From an uncultured bacterium (lineage in GTDB: Bacteria > Verrucomicrobiota > Verrucomicrobiia > Limisphaerales > UBA8199): 64,000 bases of DNA. The stretch lies in the NCBI GenBank assembly GCA_963749495.1, contig CAVVMW010000006.1, forward strand, positions 672,001 through 736,000. Reading direction: 5' to 3'. Positions 32,438-43,313 of the stretch are shown in pieces. The position numbers and the translations under genes were made by a program. The notes under the pieces were generated by a model that did not search any database, had not been told where the DNA came from, and saw only the letters and a program-made list of their open reading frames with translations. Each line of letters starts with the position of its first letter. The stretch's first letter is position 1.

Positions 32438-35400
32438 TCATTCCTCCGCCGGGGCGAAGCCGCGGCGCAGGCAGTTCTCGGTGATGACGCGCGGCACCAG
32501 GAAATTCTCCAGGTATTCGCGTCCGCCGGCTTTGGTGCCGCCGCCGGACATTTTGAATCCGCCAAAGGGCTGGCGTTCCACGATGGCGCCGGTGACAGTG
32601 CGGTTGAGGTAGAGGTTGCCGCAGATCAACTCCGCCTTGACGCGTTCGAGGTTGACCGGGCTGCGCGAATAACAGCCGCCGGTCAGGGCGAACTCGCTGT
32701 CGTTGGCCAGCGCCAGGGCTTGGTCGAAGTCCTTGGCCCGCGTCACGGCCAGGACCGGGCCGAACATTTCCTCGCGGAACAGGGGGCTGGCCGGGGGCAC
32801 GTCCGTGAAGATGACGGGCGGGACGTAGCAGGCCCTGGGGTCGTCGGGCACGACGCCCTGCCAGGCGAGCCGCGCTTCGGCTTTGCCGGCGGCGATAACG
32901 GCCAGGAGGCGCTGCTGGGCGTCGCGGTTGATGACCGGGCCGATGAGGGCGCCCGGCTCCTCTGCGGGGCCGACGCGCAAGGAAGCGGCGGCGGCCACGA
33001 GGCGCTCGACGAACCTCTGGTAATTGTCCTGGAGGACCACCACGCGCGAGAGGGCGCTGCACTTCTGCCCCTGGTAGCCAAAGGCCGAGGCGATGCAACC
33101 CACGACCGCCTCATCCAGGTCCGCGTCGCTGTCGACAATGATGCAGTTCTTGCCGCCCATCTCGCAGACGATTCTTTTGAGATTCGCCTGGCCCGGAGCG
33201 GTGCGCCCGGCCGCCTCCCAGATACGGAGGCCGACCTCCTTCGAGCCGGTGAAGGCGATGAAATCGACCCGAGGATGGCTCACCAGATGGGCGCCCACGC
33301 GGCTGCCTGGCCCAGTGAGCAGGTTGGCCACGCCGGGCGGCAGGCCCGCCTCGATGAGCAACTCCATCAGCCGGGCGCCGATGACCGGCGTCTGATCGGA
33401 GGGCTTGAGGATGACGGCATTGCCGGCGACGATGGCCGCAGCGGCCATGCCGGTGAGAATGGCGAGCGGGAAATTCCAGGGCGCGATGATCACGCCCACG
33501 CCGCGAGGCCACCAATGCTGGAAGTTGGATTCGCCGGGAACGGCCTGCGTGCGCTGGGGACGGCCCAGGCCGCGCATGACCCCCGCGTAGAAGTTGCAGA
33601 AATCGATGGCCTCGGCCACGTCGGCATCGGACTCGGTCCAGTTCTTGCCCGCTTCGAGCATTTCCAAGGCGCAGAGGGCGGCCTTGTCCCGGCGGATGAG
33701 TTGGGCGGCCTGTTCGAGGATGGCGGCCCGCTCGGCTGCGGGCGTGCGCGCCCAGCCGGGCTGGGCCGCGCGGGCGGCAGCCAGGGCCAATTCGGCCTGG
33801 GCCACCTTGCCCTCAGCGGCATAGCCGACGACTTCGTCCTGGTTGGCCGGGTTCAACGAGGGCAGCCAATCCGGGGTCGAGACGGGGCAGTTATCGATGA
33901 CCAGCGGGCAGCGCCGGCCCAGGTTCTGGCGCGCATCGCGGATGGCGGCGAGCATCTTCTGGCGTTGGGCCGGGAGGGTGAAATCGGTGTGCGGCTCGTT
34001 TCGGAATGGTTGGACGGCGGGAGCGGGAGCGGCGGGAGCGGGGCCTGGGGCCGTCCGCCCCAGGCCGCCCGCCGCCTTGGCGCGCGGGTCCTCCAGGAGG
34101 TCGCCGCGGCTTGCGCCCTTGGCGAACTTGTTGGCCAGGAACCCTTCGTTGGAGGTGTTCTCCAGGAGGCGGCGCACGAAATAGGCGATGCCGGGGAGCA
34201 ACTCGCCCACGGGGCAATACTCGCGCAGGCGGCAATCCACTTTCAAGACGGCGTCCTTGATCGGTTCGGCCATGCCGTAGAGCATTTGAAACTCGATGCT
34301 GCGGCGCTCTACCCCGAGGCGCTCGGCCTGGGCCAGGGCATAGGCGATGCTGCGCACGTTGTGCGTGCCGAATGCCGCATCCACGGCGTCGTCGTTCTCC
34401 AGCAGCAGCCTCGACAGGCCCTCGAAGCTGGCATCGGACTCCGCCTTCTGGGAGAAGACCGGCACGGGCCAGTGCCGCTGCCCGGCCAGGATAGTCTCGT
34501 AATCCCAATAGGCGCCTTTGACCAGGCGGATGGTCAGGCGGCGGCGGCGTTCGCGCGCCCAGGCCATCAGCGCGCGCAAGTCCGCCTCGCAATCGCGCAG
34601 GTAGGCCTGCAGGGCCAGGCCGCAGGCCGGTTCCGAGGCGAACTCGGGCTCGGCGAAGATCGTCGTGAACGCGCGCAACGTCAGGTTCTTGAGGGCATAG
34701 CTCTCCATGTCGAAGTTGATGAAGGCGCGGAGTTCCTTGGCGCGGCGGAGGATGGGCCGCAGGCGCGCCGAGATTCTGGCGATGGCGGTATCGGGGTCGG
34801 CGGGGTGGATTTGCGAATAGAGGGCGGAGAGCTTGACCGAGAGGTTGAGGTGCGGGAGCGGGCCCCGGGGAGAGAGATTGCTCCGGCACGGGTGCGGCCA
34901 TTTGGCGGTCTCCAGACCCAGCATCTCCATCAGGTTCAGGTAACGTTGCGCGTATTGGTCCGCCTCCGCCTCGCTGACGACCGCCTCGCCCAGGCTATCC
35001 ACCGTGAAGGCAATGTCCTGGTCGTGGAGCCGGCGCAGCGTGGCCGCTATCTCCTTGTCATCGTTGCCGAGCATGAACTGGCGGGCCATGCCGGCGACCT
35101 GTGACTTGACACCGGCGCCCAGCAGCCAGCCGGCGCCGCCGGCCGCCTTGAGGCCCAGCCGCAACGCCGGAGAGAGGTGCGCCTGGTTCTGGCCCAGGTA
35201 CTCCTGCAGGTGGCGCGCCACCTCGCCCGAGGAGGTGAGGGTCGGCAACACGTCCACGAAACGGAAGAACTGCGTCTTGAACCGCTCGTCGCGCATGGCC
35301 CATTCCATCATGGTGCCGTAAAACCCCTTCTTGCTGAACAATGAGGGCGGCTCGGCCGCGTCCATGAGCGTGAAAAGCTGCTCGCCCAGGCGGCGGACGG

Positions 35401-35471
35401 CGCCCTGGAGGTCCGTTGGCGGAGGGGCACCCGCCTTCGGGTACTCCAGTGTCGGCAGCAGTTGATTCCAT
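32438..35471 (-). CDS. putA: Bifunctional proline dehydrogenase / P5C dehydrogenase (start uncertain, possible 5' frameshift)
   Basis: FRFVDVLP, INFDME, RLVKGAYWD, RRLLENTSN, EMGGKN, GQKCSA, EEMFGP and QPFGGFKMSG motifs. Confidence 0.95.
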
Positions 35472-35582
35472 AAACTGAAATATGCTTCCACGCGGCGAGC
35501 AAGCAAGGGGAAAGAGGGGTGCCTTCGGCGGCACGACCGTCCGAGGAACAATAGAACCTGGGAACGGCGATGGGCCCGAATC

Positions 35583-35802
35583 CATCCCGGAGGGATGAAA
35601 GAGGGTAGCCGGGGGTCGAAGCGCAGCGAGACCCCCGGTCTCGGAACGCTGTGCTTCCGCATCCCGGAGGGATGCCAGAGAGGTGCTCGGGCCAGGTGCG
35701 CATGCATTCTGGCACCCCTCCGGGGTGCGGGATCCTGCCCGCCACCGACCGGGGGTCGCGGCGCCGCGACCCCCGGCTACCTTCTGGCAACCCTCCGGGT
35801 TG
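35583..35802. repeat. REP-like palindromic cluster
   Basis: CATCCCGGAGGGATG and CCGGGGGTC/GACCCCCGG hairpins in inverted arrangement. Confidence 0.8.
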
Positions 35803-35835
35803 CGGCGCACCACTGCCGGAACCGGCGGGAAACCG

Positions 35836-35864
35836 TTGACCTTGCTGCCGCATCTACTTATGCT
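35836..35864 (+). promoter_or_regulatory. Sigma70-like promoter, probably giving a leaderless transcript
   Basis: TTGACC-17 bp-TATGCT, with the ATG at 35872. Confidence 0.7.
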
Positions 35865-35871
35865 CTGCGCC

Positions 35872-37215
35872 ATGAAACTCAACATGACGCGGCGGAATTT
35901 TCTGAGGACCTCGGCGCTGGGAACGGGGGTGTTGGCATTGCCCTCCAGCAGGCTGGCCCTGGCTTATGCGGAGAACGACAAGCTCAATGTGGCGGGCATC
36001 GGCGTCGGTGGCCAGGGCCGCGGGGACCTGGACACCATTGCCGGCTCGGGTGCGGACGTGGTGGCGCTCTGCGACGCGGACCGGACGCGCGCCGGGGACG
36101 TTTATCCGAAGTATCCCAAGGCAGCAGCCTTCACGGATTTCCGGCGGATGTTCGACAAGATGGGCAAGGAGATCGACGCGGTGTTGGTGGCGACGCCCGA
36201 CCACACGCACGCGGTGGCGGCGGTGGCGGCCATGCGCCAGGGCAAGCATGTTTATTGCGAAAAGCCGCTCGCCCGCACGGTGCGCGAGGCGCGAGTGATG
36301 CGCCAGACAGCCCGGCGGCATGGGGTGGTCACGCAGATGGGCAACCAGGGCAGCGCGGAAAACGGTTTGAGGCGCGGCGTCGAACTAGTCTGGGCCGGCG
36401 CCGTCGGCGAGGTGCGCGAGGCGCACGTTTGGTTTGACGGCGGCAACGGGCCGCAGAAACGGCCCACGGAGCAGCCGCCGGTGCCCGCGACGCTGGATTG
36501 GGACCTGTGGCTGGGACCGGCCCCGGAGCGGCCTTACCATCCGTGCTATGTGCCGGCAAGCTGGCGCGGTTGGCGCGCCTTCGGCAGCGGGATTGTCGGC
36601 GATTTCGGCTGCCATACGGGCAACCTCATGTTTCGCGCCTTGCGCCTGGAGCAATTGTGGGACCCGCCGGGCGCCGCTCCCGAGCGCATCGTCGTGCGCG
36701 TTGAGGCCAAACCCTCGGAGGTGGACCTCGAAGGCTATCCCTCGGCGATGGTAGCGGTGGTCGAGTTGCCGGCGCGCGGCCAGTTGCCGCCGGTCAAGCT
36801 GACAGTCTATGCCAAGGACAAGCCTGCCGAGGAACTCCTGCTGGATCACCCGCGCGGCGGCTGGGGCGATCTGTTGGTCGGCAGCAAGGGCTCGATCTAT
36901 TCGGATTGTCCGTGGAACACCCGGTTCGCCCTGTTGCCCAGGTCGAAATTCCAGGGCTTCAAGAGCGGCCCGCCGGAAAACCTGCCATCCTCCTCCGGCC
37001 ACCACCGCGAATGGGTCGAGGCCTGCAAGGGCAAGGGCAAGACATTCTCCAGTTTCGACATCGGCGGCCCGCTGACCGAGTTGATGCAACTGGTCAACCT
37101 CGCCACCCTGGTCCCGGGCCCCATCGAGTACGACACCCTCAGCGGGCGCGTCCTCAACTCCGAGCCGGCCGCTCTGCTGCTTCATCGGGAGTATCGCCAG
37201 GGGTGGGAGATTTGA
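35872..37215 (+). CDS. Tat-exported Gfo/Idh/MocA oxidoreductase
   Basis: TRRNFL, GIGVGGQG, ATPDHTH, KHVYCEKP and DWDLWLGPA motifs. Confidence 0.93.
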   Translation: MKLNMTRRNFLRTSALGTGVLALPSSRLALAYAENDKLNVAGIGVGGQGRGDLDTIAGSGADVVALCDADRTRAGDVYPKYPKAAAFTDFRRMFDKMGKEIDAVLVATPDHTHAVAAVAAMRQGKHVYCEKPLARTVREARVMRQTARRHGVVTQMGNQGSAENGLRRGVELVWAGAVGEVREAHVWFDGGNGPQKRPTEQPPVPATLDWDLWLGPAPERPYHPCYVPASWRGWRAFGSGIVGDFGCHTGNLMFRALRLEQLWDPPGAAPERIVVRVEAKPSEVDLEGYPSAMVAVVELPARGQLPPVKLTVYAKDKPAEELLLDHPRGGWGDLLVGSKGSIYSDCPWNTRFALLPRSKFQGFKSGPPENLPSSSGHHREWVEACKGKGKTFSSFDIGGPLTELMQLVNLATLVPGPIEYDTLSGRVLNSEPAALLLHREYRQGWEI

Positions 37216-37217
37216 CT

Positions 37218-37345
37218 CGAATGACAAATGACGAATGACGAATGACGAAGAGGGAGTGGCTGGGAGGCCGCAACGCGAACGTCCCTTTCCTCCCTTTTGT
37301 CCCTTTTGTCCCTTTTGTCCCTTGCCGAAGGGACAAAAGGGACGG
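37218..37345. repeat. 7-mer and 9-mer tracts between convergent genes
   Basis: (GAATGAC)x4, (TCCCTTTTG)x3-4 and inverted AAGGGACAA units. Confidence 0.85.
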
Positions 37346-37350
37346 GATCC

Positions 37351-38625
37351 CTACGCTCCGCTGCTGCACAACCCGCGCATCACCAGGAACGTCGTCCCCA
37401 GGAGGATGGCGGCGCAGACCACGTAGGGCACCGGGGGACTGTAACCCAGGAGCGGCGTGGCGAAGAGCGGCCCGAGGATGCGCGCCAGGCTGCCGGCGCT
37501 TTGAGCGACCCCGAGGGTCGCCCCTTGCTCGCGGGGGGGCGTGAGGTTGGAGAGCAGGCCGAACAGAGGCGGGCGGGTGAGGCCGGTGCCGACCGCCAGC
37601 AGGGCCAGGGCCGCGAGCATCGCCACCCAGGGCAGGCCCTGGTGCCGCAGCAGCACGCCCCAGGAGAGCCGCGCGACGCCGCCGATGAACGGCAGCCAGG
37701 CCATGCTGGCCGCCGTCAGGACCAGGCTCACCGCGATGAGCTTGGGCTCACCCAGCATCTTGACTAGCCGGCCAATCGCCCCGCCTTGCACGAAGGCCCC
37801 GATCAGCCCGCAATACACAAAGAGAGAGAAGACGGTCGTGGCCGATTTCTGGTCGAGCTGGAGGTCCAGGTGGAAGTTTTCCGTGACCAGCAGCGGGAGG
37901 GTGCTCTCGAAGCAACTGAAGCAGAAGGTGGCCAGGAAGAAGACGATGACCAATAGCCCGATTTTCGGCTGGCCCAAAGTGTGCAGCCATTGGTCCAGGT
38001 GCGGTCTTTGGGCCACGTGCTCGGAAGTCGGCTTGAGGCTCTCGACGAGAATGAAAAAGGCGAGGATGAAGTTGGCCCCGCACATCGCTGCCGCCAGCCA
38101 GCCCGGCCCGGATAGGCCCAGGGACTTGAAGCTGATGAAGCCGATGGCCGGGCCGAAGATGAATCCGAGGCCGAAGGCCATGCCGATGAGGCCCATCATC
38201 CTGGAGCGCTGCTCGGGGGGCGAGATATCGGCGATGTAGGCCTGGGCGACGGTGATGTTGCCGCCAAAGAGGCCGGCCAGCATCCGTGAGAGGACCATCA
38301 CCCCGAGCGCGGCGGCGTGGTTGGGCAGCCAGGTGCTCAGGGCAAAGAGCACATAGGAGGCGCAAGCCCCGGCGGTGCTCAACAGCAGGATGGGCCGCCG
38401 CCCATGGCGGTCCGAGAGCCTGCCCCAAACCGGCGAGAAGATGAACTGCATCGCCGAGAAGGCGGAGATGATGACGCCGATGATCAGGCCCTGTGCCCAC
38501 ACGGCCGTGACGGTATCCGGCACCAGGAGCTTGCCGTAAAGCGGCACCATCGGCACCACGATCCCGAACCCGACCAGGTCCATGAAGACGGTCAGGAATA
38601 TGACCAGCAAGGAGGGCTTTCTCAT
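37351..38625 (-). CDS. MFS transporter, TetA/DHA1-like
   Basis: MDLVGFGIVVP, WGRLSDRHGRRP, QAYIADIS and GLGFIFGP motifs. Confidence 0.92.
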   Translation of the reverse strand: MRKPSLLVIFLTVFMDLVGFGIVVPMVPLYGKLLVPDTVTAVWAQGLIIGVIISAFSAMQFIFSPVWGRLSDRHGRRPILLLSTAGACASYVLFALSTWLPNHAAALGVMVLSRMLAGLFGGNITVAQAYIADISPPEQRSRMMGLIGMAFGLGFIFGPAIGFISFKSLGLSGPGWLAAAMCGANFILAFFILVESLKPTSEHVAQRPHLDQWLHTLGQPKIGLLVIVFFLATFCFSCFESTLPLLVTENFHLDLQLDQKSATTVFSLFVYCGLIGAFVQGGAIGRLVKMLGEPKLIAVSLVLTAASMAWLPFIGGVARLSWGVLLRHQGLPWVAMLAALALLAVGTGLTRPPLFGLLSNLTPPREQGATLGVAQSAGSLARILGPLFATPLLGYSPPVPYVVCAAILLGTTFLVMRGLCSSGA

Positions 38626-38730
38626 GAATCCCGTGGCGGCAGCGCCCCCGCGCCGCCGGGCTGCAGTTCCAATGACATAGCCAGAGTCTATGGGCGCATT
38701 GGCCGCCGTCAAGGGGGCCGGTGAAAGGAA

Positions 38731-38836
38731 GACCTTGTCGCAACCTTCGCGGCAACCTTTGTCGCAGCCTTTGTCGCGACCTTTGTCGGACTGGGCGCTA
38801 TTCGACAAAGGCCTCGACAAAGTCTGCGACAAAGGC
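38731..38836. repeat. Inverted 12-mer tracts (CTTTGTCGCAGC family)
   Basis: CTTTGTCG units followed by CGACAAAG units; same family at 44516-44598. Confidence 0.85.
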
Positions 38837-38995
38837 TCGGAATGCGAGTTCCTGAAAAGGCTCTGGGCGCAGGATCGCGCCCCGCTTTAAGATTGCATCG
38901 GCGGGCCGGTTGGCGCAGGATGGCGCAGATATCGGTGACAGGGGACGGAGATGTCCGCCGGCGCCGCGTCAAGTGTGAATTCAATCCAGACTAAC

Positions 38996-39682
38996 ATGCC
39001 TCCTCTCAAAATAACCCAGACGCGCGACACTCGCCGCCGCATCCTGCTGGTGGACGATCATGCCGTGGTGCGCTACGGCATAGCGCAGATCATCAACCGG
39101 GAGGCGGACCTGGTGGTTTGCGGCGAAGAGGAGAACGCCGGCAACGCGCTGAGCGCCATCGCCAAGGTGAGGCCCGACCTGGTCATTGCGGACATTTCGC
39201 TCAAGGACAGCAGCGGTTTGGAGTTGATGCGCAACATCAAGGCGCAGTATGAGAAGCTGCCGGTCCTGGTGGTCAGCGCCCACGACGAGTCGGTTTATGC
39301 GGAGGTCGCATTCCGGGCCGGGGCGATGGGCTACGTGATGAAGGGCGAGCCGCTGGAGAGGGTGGTGACCGCCATTCGCCGGGTGCTGGGAGGCAACCTT
39401 TACGTGAGCGACGCCCTGGCTGCCCGGATGCTCGAGCAGCAATTCCGCGGCAAGACCAGCCCCAAGCAGTCGCCGGCCGAGAACCTGAGCGACCGCGAGT
39501 TGGAGGTCTTCCAGATGATTGGCGAATGGAAGAAGACCAGCGAGATCGCCGCCGAACTCCACCTGAGCATCAAGACGATCGAGTACTACCGCGAGCAGAT
39601 CAAACGCAAGCTCAACCTGAAGAACTCCGCCGAGTTGACCCAGCGCGCCACATCGTGGGTGCAGCGCGAAAACCCGGCGTGA
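38996..39682 (+). CDS. NarL/FixJ-family response regulator
   Basis: LVDDH receiver start, phospho-Asp 'IADIS', LuxR HTH 'LSDRELEV...LSIKTIE'. Confidence 0.93.
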   Translation: MPPLKITQTRDTRRRILLVDDHAVVRYGIAQIINREADLVVCGEEENAGNALSAIAKVRPDLVIADISLKDSSGLELMRNIKAQYEKLPVLVVSAHDESVYAEVAFRAGAMGYVMKGEPLERVVTAIRRVLGGNLYVSDALAARMLEQQFRGKTSPKQSPAENLSDRELEVFQMIGEWKKTSEIAAELHLSIKTIEYYREQIKRKLNLKNSAELTQRATSWVQRENPA

Positions 39683-39701
39683 GTTGACAATCCCGCAGAG
39701 C

Positions 39702-40481
39702 ATGAGTGCCGCGCAGAGAGGAAAACAGGTTGAAGAGGCGAACCGGCCCGCTCGACCGGCGGTTTCGGTCCTGGCCCCGGCAGGAGCGGGGGCGCCGTCC
39801 CGGGCGCAGGCGGCGGAAGCGGGCCGCAAGGCCGGCCTGCGCATCCGGCTGCTGGTGGTGGATGACCACCCGGTCGTGCGCAAAGGGATCAGCTCCTGCC
39901 TGGCCTGCCAGCCCAATTTCGAGGTCGTGGGCGAGGCGGGCGACGGCAAGGCCGCGCTCAACAAGGCGCGGGAACTGGCGCCCGACATCGCGCTCCTGGA
40001 CCTGGACCTGCCCCAGATGGACGGCCTGGCGGTGACCGAAGTCCTGCGCCGGGAACTGCCCAACATCAAGGTGCTCATCCTCTCGATGCACAGCAACTCG
40101 GAGCACGTCCTGCGCATCCTGCAGGCCGGCGCCCGCGGCTACGTGCTCAAAGGCGCCTCCGCCGAGGAGTTGGTGCAAGCCATCCAAACCGTCCAGGCCG
40201 GCGAGACCTTCTTCAGCCCCGAGGTGGCCCGCCTGGCCCTCAACCAGTTCGTGCGGGGCGCCGGCAAAACACCCGCCGGCGAACTCACCGACCGCGAGCG
40301 CCAGGTGCTCATCCAAATCGCCGAAGGGTTGACCAACAAAGAGATCGCCACCCGCCTGGAGGTCGGCGTCCGCACCGTCGAGACGCATCGCGAGCGCATC
40401 ATGCGCAAGCTCAACATTCACAGCATCGCCGGCCTCACCAGGTACGCCATCGCCAAAGAGTGGGTCACGCTGAGGGAGTGA
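39702..40481 (+). CDS. NarL/FixJ-family response regulator
   Basis: VVDDHPVVR, LLDLDLP, 'LTDRERQVL...RTVETHR'. Confidence 0.93.
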   Translation: MSAAQRGKQVEEANRPARPAVSVLAPAGAGAPSRAQAAEAGRKAGLRIRLLVVDDHPVVRKGISSCLACQPNFEVVGEAGDGKAALNKARELAPDIALLDLDLPQMDGLAVTEVLRRELPNIKVLILSMHSNSEHVLRILQAGARGYVLKGASAEELVQAIQTVQAGETFFSPEVARLALNQFVRGAGKTPAGELTDRERQVLIQIAEGLTNKEIATRLEVGVRTVETHRERIMRKLNIHSIAGLTRYAIAKEWVTLRE

Positions 40482-40540
40482 GAACCGACATCTAAAATGC
40501 CTTGAGCCGGCGGGGCGCGCTACGGCAGAATCAGAGGCGC

Positions 40541-41767
40541 ATGCGAGTGCTGTTGACGACGACTCGCTCCTGGCATCTGGAGCGGACCGCCCTGGCCTTT
40601 TCGGCGAGGCAGGCCCTGGCGGGCCTCTGGATGGCGGACCGCAACCGGCTCGGGACCCCGTCGGCGGAGTATCGGCGCTGCTGGCCCTATCACTTGGCGA
40701 TGAAGCCCTTTTACCACTTCACCCCCCAGATCTGGCAGGAACGCGCGACCTATTGGCTCATCGGCTTGTGGCGGGCCTGGCTGCAGGCCGGCTTGCGCTC
40801 CGCCCGCTGCCCCCAATTCCAGGCCGCCCAGGGCATCGTCGGCTTCGCCAGCGAACTCTTCGACGGCGCCGAACGGGTCGGCGCCCTCAAGGTTGTCGAT
40901 TGTCCCAACACCCACCCCACAACTTACTTCGGCTTTTGGCAGCGCGAGTGCGACCTGTGGTGCCCGGGGGAAAAGGTCCCCATCCCCCGGTGGATGTTCG
41001 CCCGCATGAACCGGGAGATCGAACGGGCGGACCTCGTCATTGTGCAGTCCAAATTCTGCAAGGAATCGATGGAACTCAACGGCATCCCCGCCGGCAAGGT
41101 GCTGATCAACCCGATGGGGGTGGACTCGGCCGTTTTTCAGAAACGGACCGCACTGCCGGACAAGCCGCGGTTTGTGAACGTCGGCACGATCTGTCTGCGC
41201 AAAGGCCACCAATACCTGTTCCGCGCCTTTCAGATCGTCAAGGAACGTCTGCCGCAGGCCGAACTGATTTGCGTGGGGGACTACAAATGCGATTTTCGCC
41301 GCGAGCGCCCCAAATGGGAAGGGAGCTTCACCCATTATCGGCAGCTCACCCATGCGGAGCTGGCCCCGCTGCTGCGTAACTGCACCGCCTTTGTCTTCCC
41401 CTCCCAGGAGGAGGGCATCGCCCGCTCGCAAGTCGAGGCCCTCGCCTCCGGCCTGCCCTTGATCGGCACCCATGAGGGCGGAGCCACGACCCTGGTCCAG
41501 GACGGCGTCCAGGGCCTCATCGTGCGCGGCCGGGACCCCCAGGACATTGCTCGGGCGATGATCCGGCTGGCGACCGACCCGGAGTTGAACCGCCGGATGG
41601 GCGAGGCCGCCTGGCGCAAGGGGTCGGTCCAAAATGCCTGGCAGGACTACGGAGACCGGCTGCTGGCAGAATACGAACGGCGGCTGGGGGCGGATCAGCC
41701 GCAGGTGAATACCCACCCGTCAGACCCTTCCGACCTGTCTGACCTGTCCGACTCGTCCGACCCATGA
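40541..41767 (+). CDS. Glycosyltransferase family 4
   Basis: RKG and 'FPSQEEG...EALASGLP' EX7E motif. Confidence 0.9.
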   Translation: MRVLLTTTRSWHLERTALAFSARQALAGLWMADRNRLGTPSAEYRRCWPYHLAMKPFYHFTPQIWQERATYWLIGLWRAWLQAGLRSARCPQFQAAQGIVGFASELFDGAERVGALKVVDCPNTHPTTYFGFWQRECDLWCPGEKVPIPRWMFARMNREIERADLVIVQSKFCKESMELNGIPAGKVLINPMGVDSAVFQKRTALPDKPRFVNVGTICLRKGHQYLFRAFQIVKERLPQAELICVGDYKCDFRRERPKWEGSFTHYRQLTHAELAPLLRNCTAFVFPSQEEGIARSQVEALASGLPLIGTHEGGATTLVQDGVQGLIVRGRDPQDIARAMIRLATDPELNRRMGEAAWRKGSVQNAWQDYGDRLLAEYERRLGADQPQVNTHPSDPSDLSDLSDSSDP

Positions 41768-41807
41768 CATCCTCAACACGGCGGGTGCAACCGCCGGATT
41801 CAGCATT

Positions 41808-43070
41808 ATGATTCCGCTTCATCGGCCCGCGTTCGGTCTGGGGAGGGTCATGGCCGCGTGCCTGGGCGCGACGGAGGGCCGGAGCTTGAGGCGGCTGGAG
41901 CAGGCCCATACGGAGGCGAGCGGGGGGGCGTGGGCGGTGTGGCTGCCCTCGGCCAGGGCCGGGATCTGTTGGGCGTTGAGGGCCGCAATCCAGGCCCAGG
42001 ACAACGTCATCGGCCCGGCGTTCACCTGCTCGGTCGTACACGAGGCCATGGTGCGCTCCGGGGGGACGGTGCGTCTGCTGGAGCCGGGGCCCGGAGATTT
42101 CCTGATGGACCGGCATGCCATCGCCCAACGGGAGAACGGGGGCCACGGCCTGGTGCTCTGTGAGGCATACGGGCACACCTACGACCTGGCCGAGTTGGAG
42201 CGGGCGGCCCCCTCGCAACCGGCGGTGCGTATTGTGGACATGGCCATGTCCGTGCCGGTCCCGGCGCTGTTCCAGAGGTTAGGGACCAAGGATTTTGCGG
42301 TCATCAGTTTCGGCAACGGCAAGAGCATGTATGCCGGCTGGGGCGGGATGGGCTTTGCCCGCGAGCGCGCCCTGGCAGAGGCAGTGCGCGAGCAGCGCGA
42401 CCTGGCGCTGGCCCGCGCCGGTTCGGGTTCCGGTGCTGGTGGCGCCGGTCTGTTCGCCCGCCGCACGCTGCGGGTGGCCCTGCGCACGGCCGCCCATTAC
42501 CCCTCGGTCTATGCCCTGACGTGGCGGCTTTATTATCGGGGCCGGCCCCTGCTGGCGCGGGCGGCGCGGTTGCCGGGCCGCAAGCGCGCGCCGGAGCCGG
42601 CCACGCCGCCGCCGGCCAGGCTCCCGCCGGAGTGGTCGGACGACCGGACCTGCGTGGCGGAGTGGAGAGCGCCCTCGACCCACCTGGACCGCGCCCTGGC
42701 GCTGTGGAACCTCGAAGGAGCGCCGGCCTTTGACGCCGCCCGCCTGGCCCTGGCGCGCCGCTATGAACAGAACCTCCAGGGGGCCAAAGGCATCACCCGC
42801 CCCAAATCCTCCCCCACGGCCTTGAGCCATTACACCGTGCGGGTCAATGCGGCCATCCGCAATGCCGTCAAACAGCGCCTGTGGCAGGGCGGCATTTATA
42901 CGATCTCGCTCTGGACCTTCCCCCCGCACCTTGACCGCGAGCAGTTCCCAGCCACCTTTCGTCTCAGCTCCGAGGTCATCAACCTGCCCCTCTCGCCCTG
43001 GATGAGCACCGAGCACGTGGACAGGGTATGTGAGCTGCTGGTGAAAGCCGTAGATCTGGGCTCGGGATGA
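41808..43070 (+). CDS. DegT/DnrJ/EryC1/StrS-like PLP-dependent protein
   Basis: PAFTCSVV, 'VDMA', 'SFGNGK' (PLP lysine) and C-terminal 'INLPLSPWM'. Confidence 0.8.
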   Translation: MIPLHRPAFGLGRVMAACLGATEGRSLRRLEQAHTEASGGAWAVWLPSARAGICWALRAAIQAQDNVIGPAFTCSVVHEAMVRSGGTVRLLEPGPGDFLMDRHAIAQRENGGHGLVLCEAYGHTYDLAELERAAPSQPAVRIVDMAMSVPVPALFQRLGTKDFAVISFGNGKSMYAGWGGMGFARERALAEAVREQRDLALARAGSGSGAGGAGLFARRTLRVALRTAAHYPSVYALTWRLYYRGRPLLARAARLPGRKRAPEPATPPPARLPPEWSDDRTCVAEWRAPSTHLDRALALWNLEGAPAFDAARLALARRYEQNLQGAKGITRPKSSPTALSHYTVRVNAAIRNAVKQRLWQGGIYTISLWTFPPHLDREQFPATFRLSSEVINLPLSPWMSTEHVDRVCELLVKAVDLGSG

Positions 43071-43080
43071 AGATCTTCAG

Positions 43081-43292
43081 TCACCGCGTAGCGGTGCCTG
43101 ATGGTAGCCGTGGACTTCAGTCCACGGACCCCCGCCTGAGGACCACCCGCGTCGCGTAGCGACGCCTGAAAACAGGATTTCATCTGCCATCGCGAAGCCT
43201 TCAGGCGTCGCTACGCGACGCGCGATTCTTCCAAGGCCGCAAACCGTGGACCGAGGTCCACGGCTACCTTCACTGCGTCGCTACGCGACGCG
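43081..43292. repeat. Single REP/BIME unit of the 15957-16640 family
   Basis: Shares GTAGCGGTG...GGTAGCCGTGGAC and CGTGGACCGAGGTCCACGGCTACC. Confidence 0.88.
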
Positions 43293-43313
43293 CGTGCTGG
43301 ACCGCTCTGAGGA

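Noticed and set aside
32180..35104. Long antisense ORFs (for example 974 aa opposite putA, 672 aa opposite the amidohydrolase)
   Set aside because: These are shadow ORFs expected from high-GC codon bias and have no recognisable motifs.
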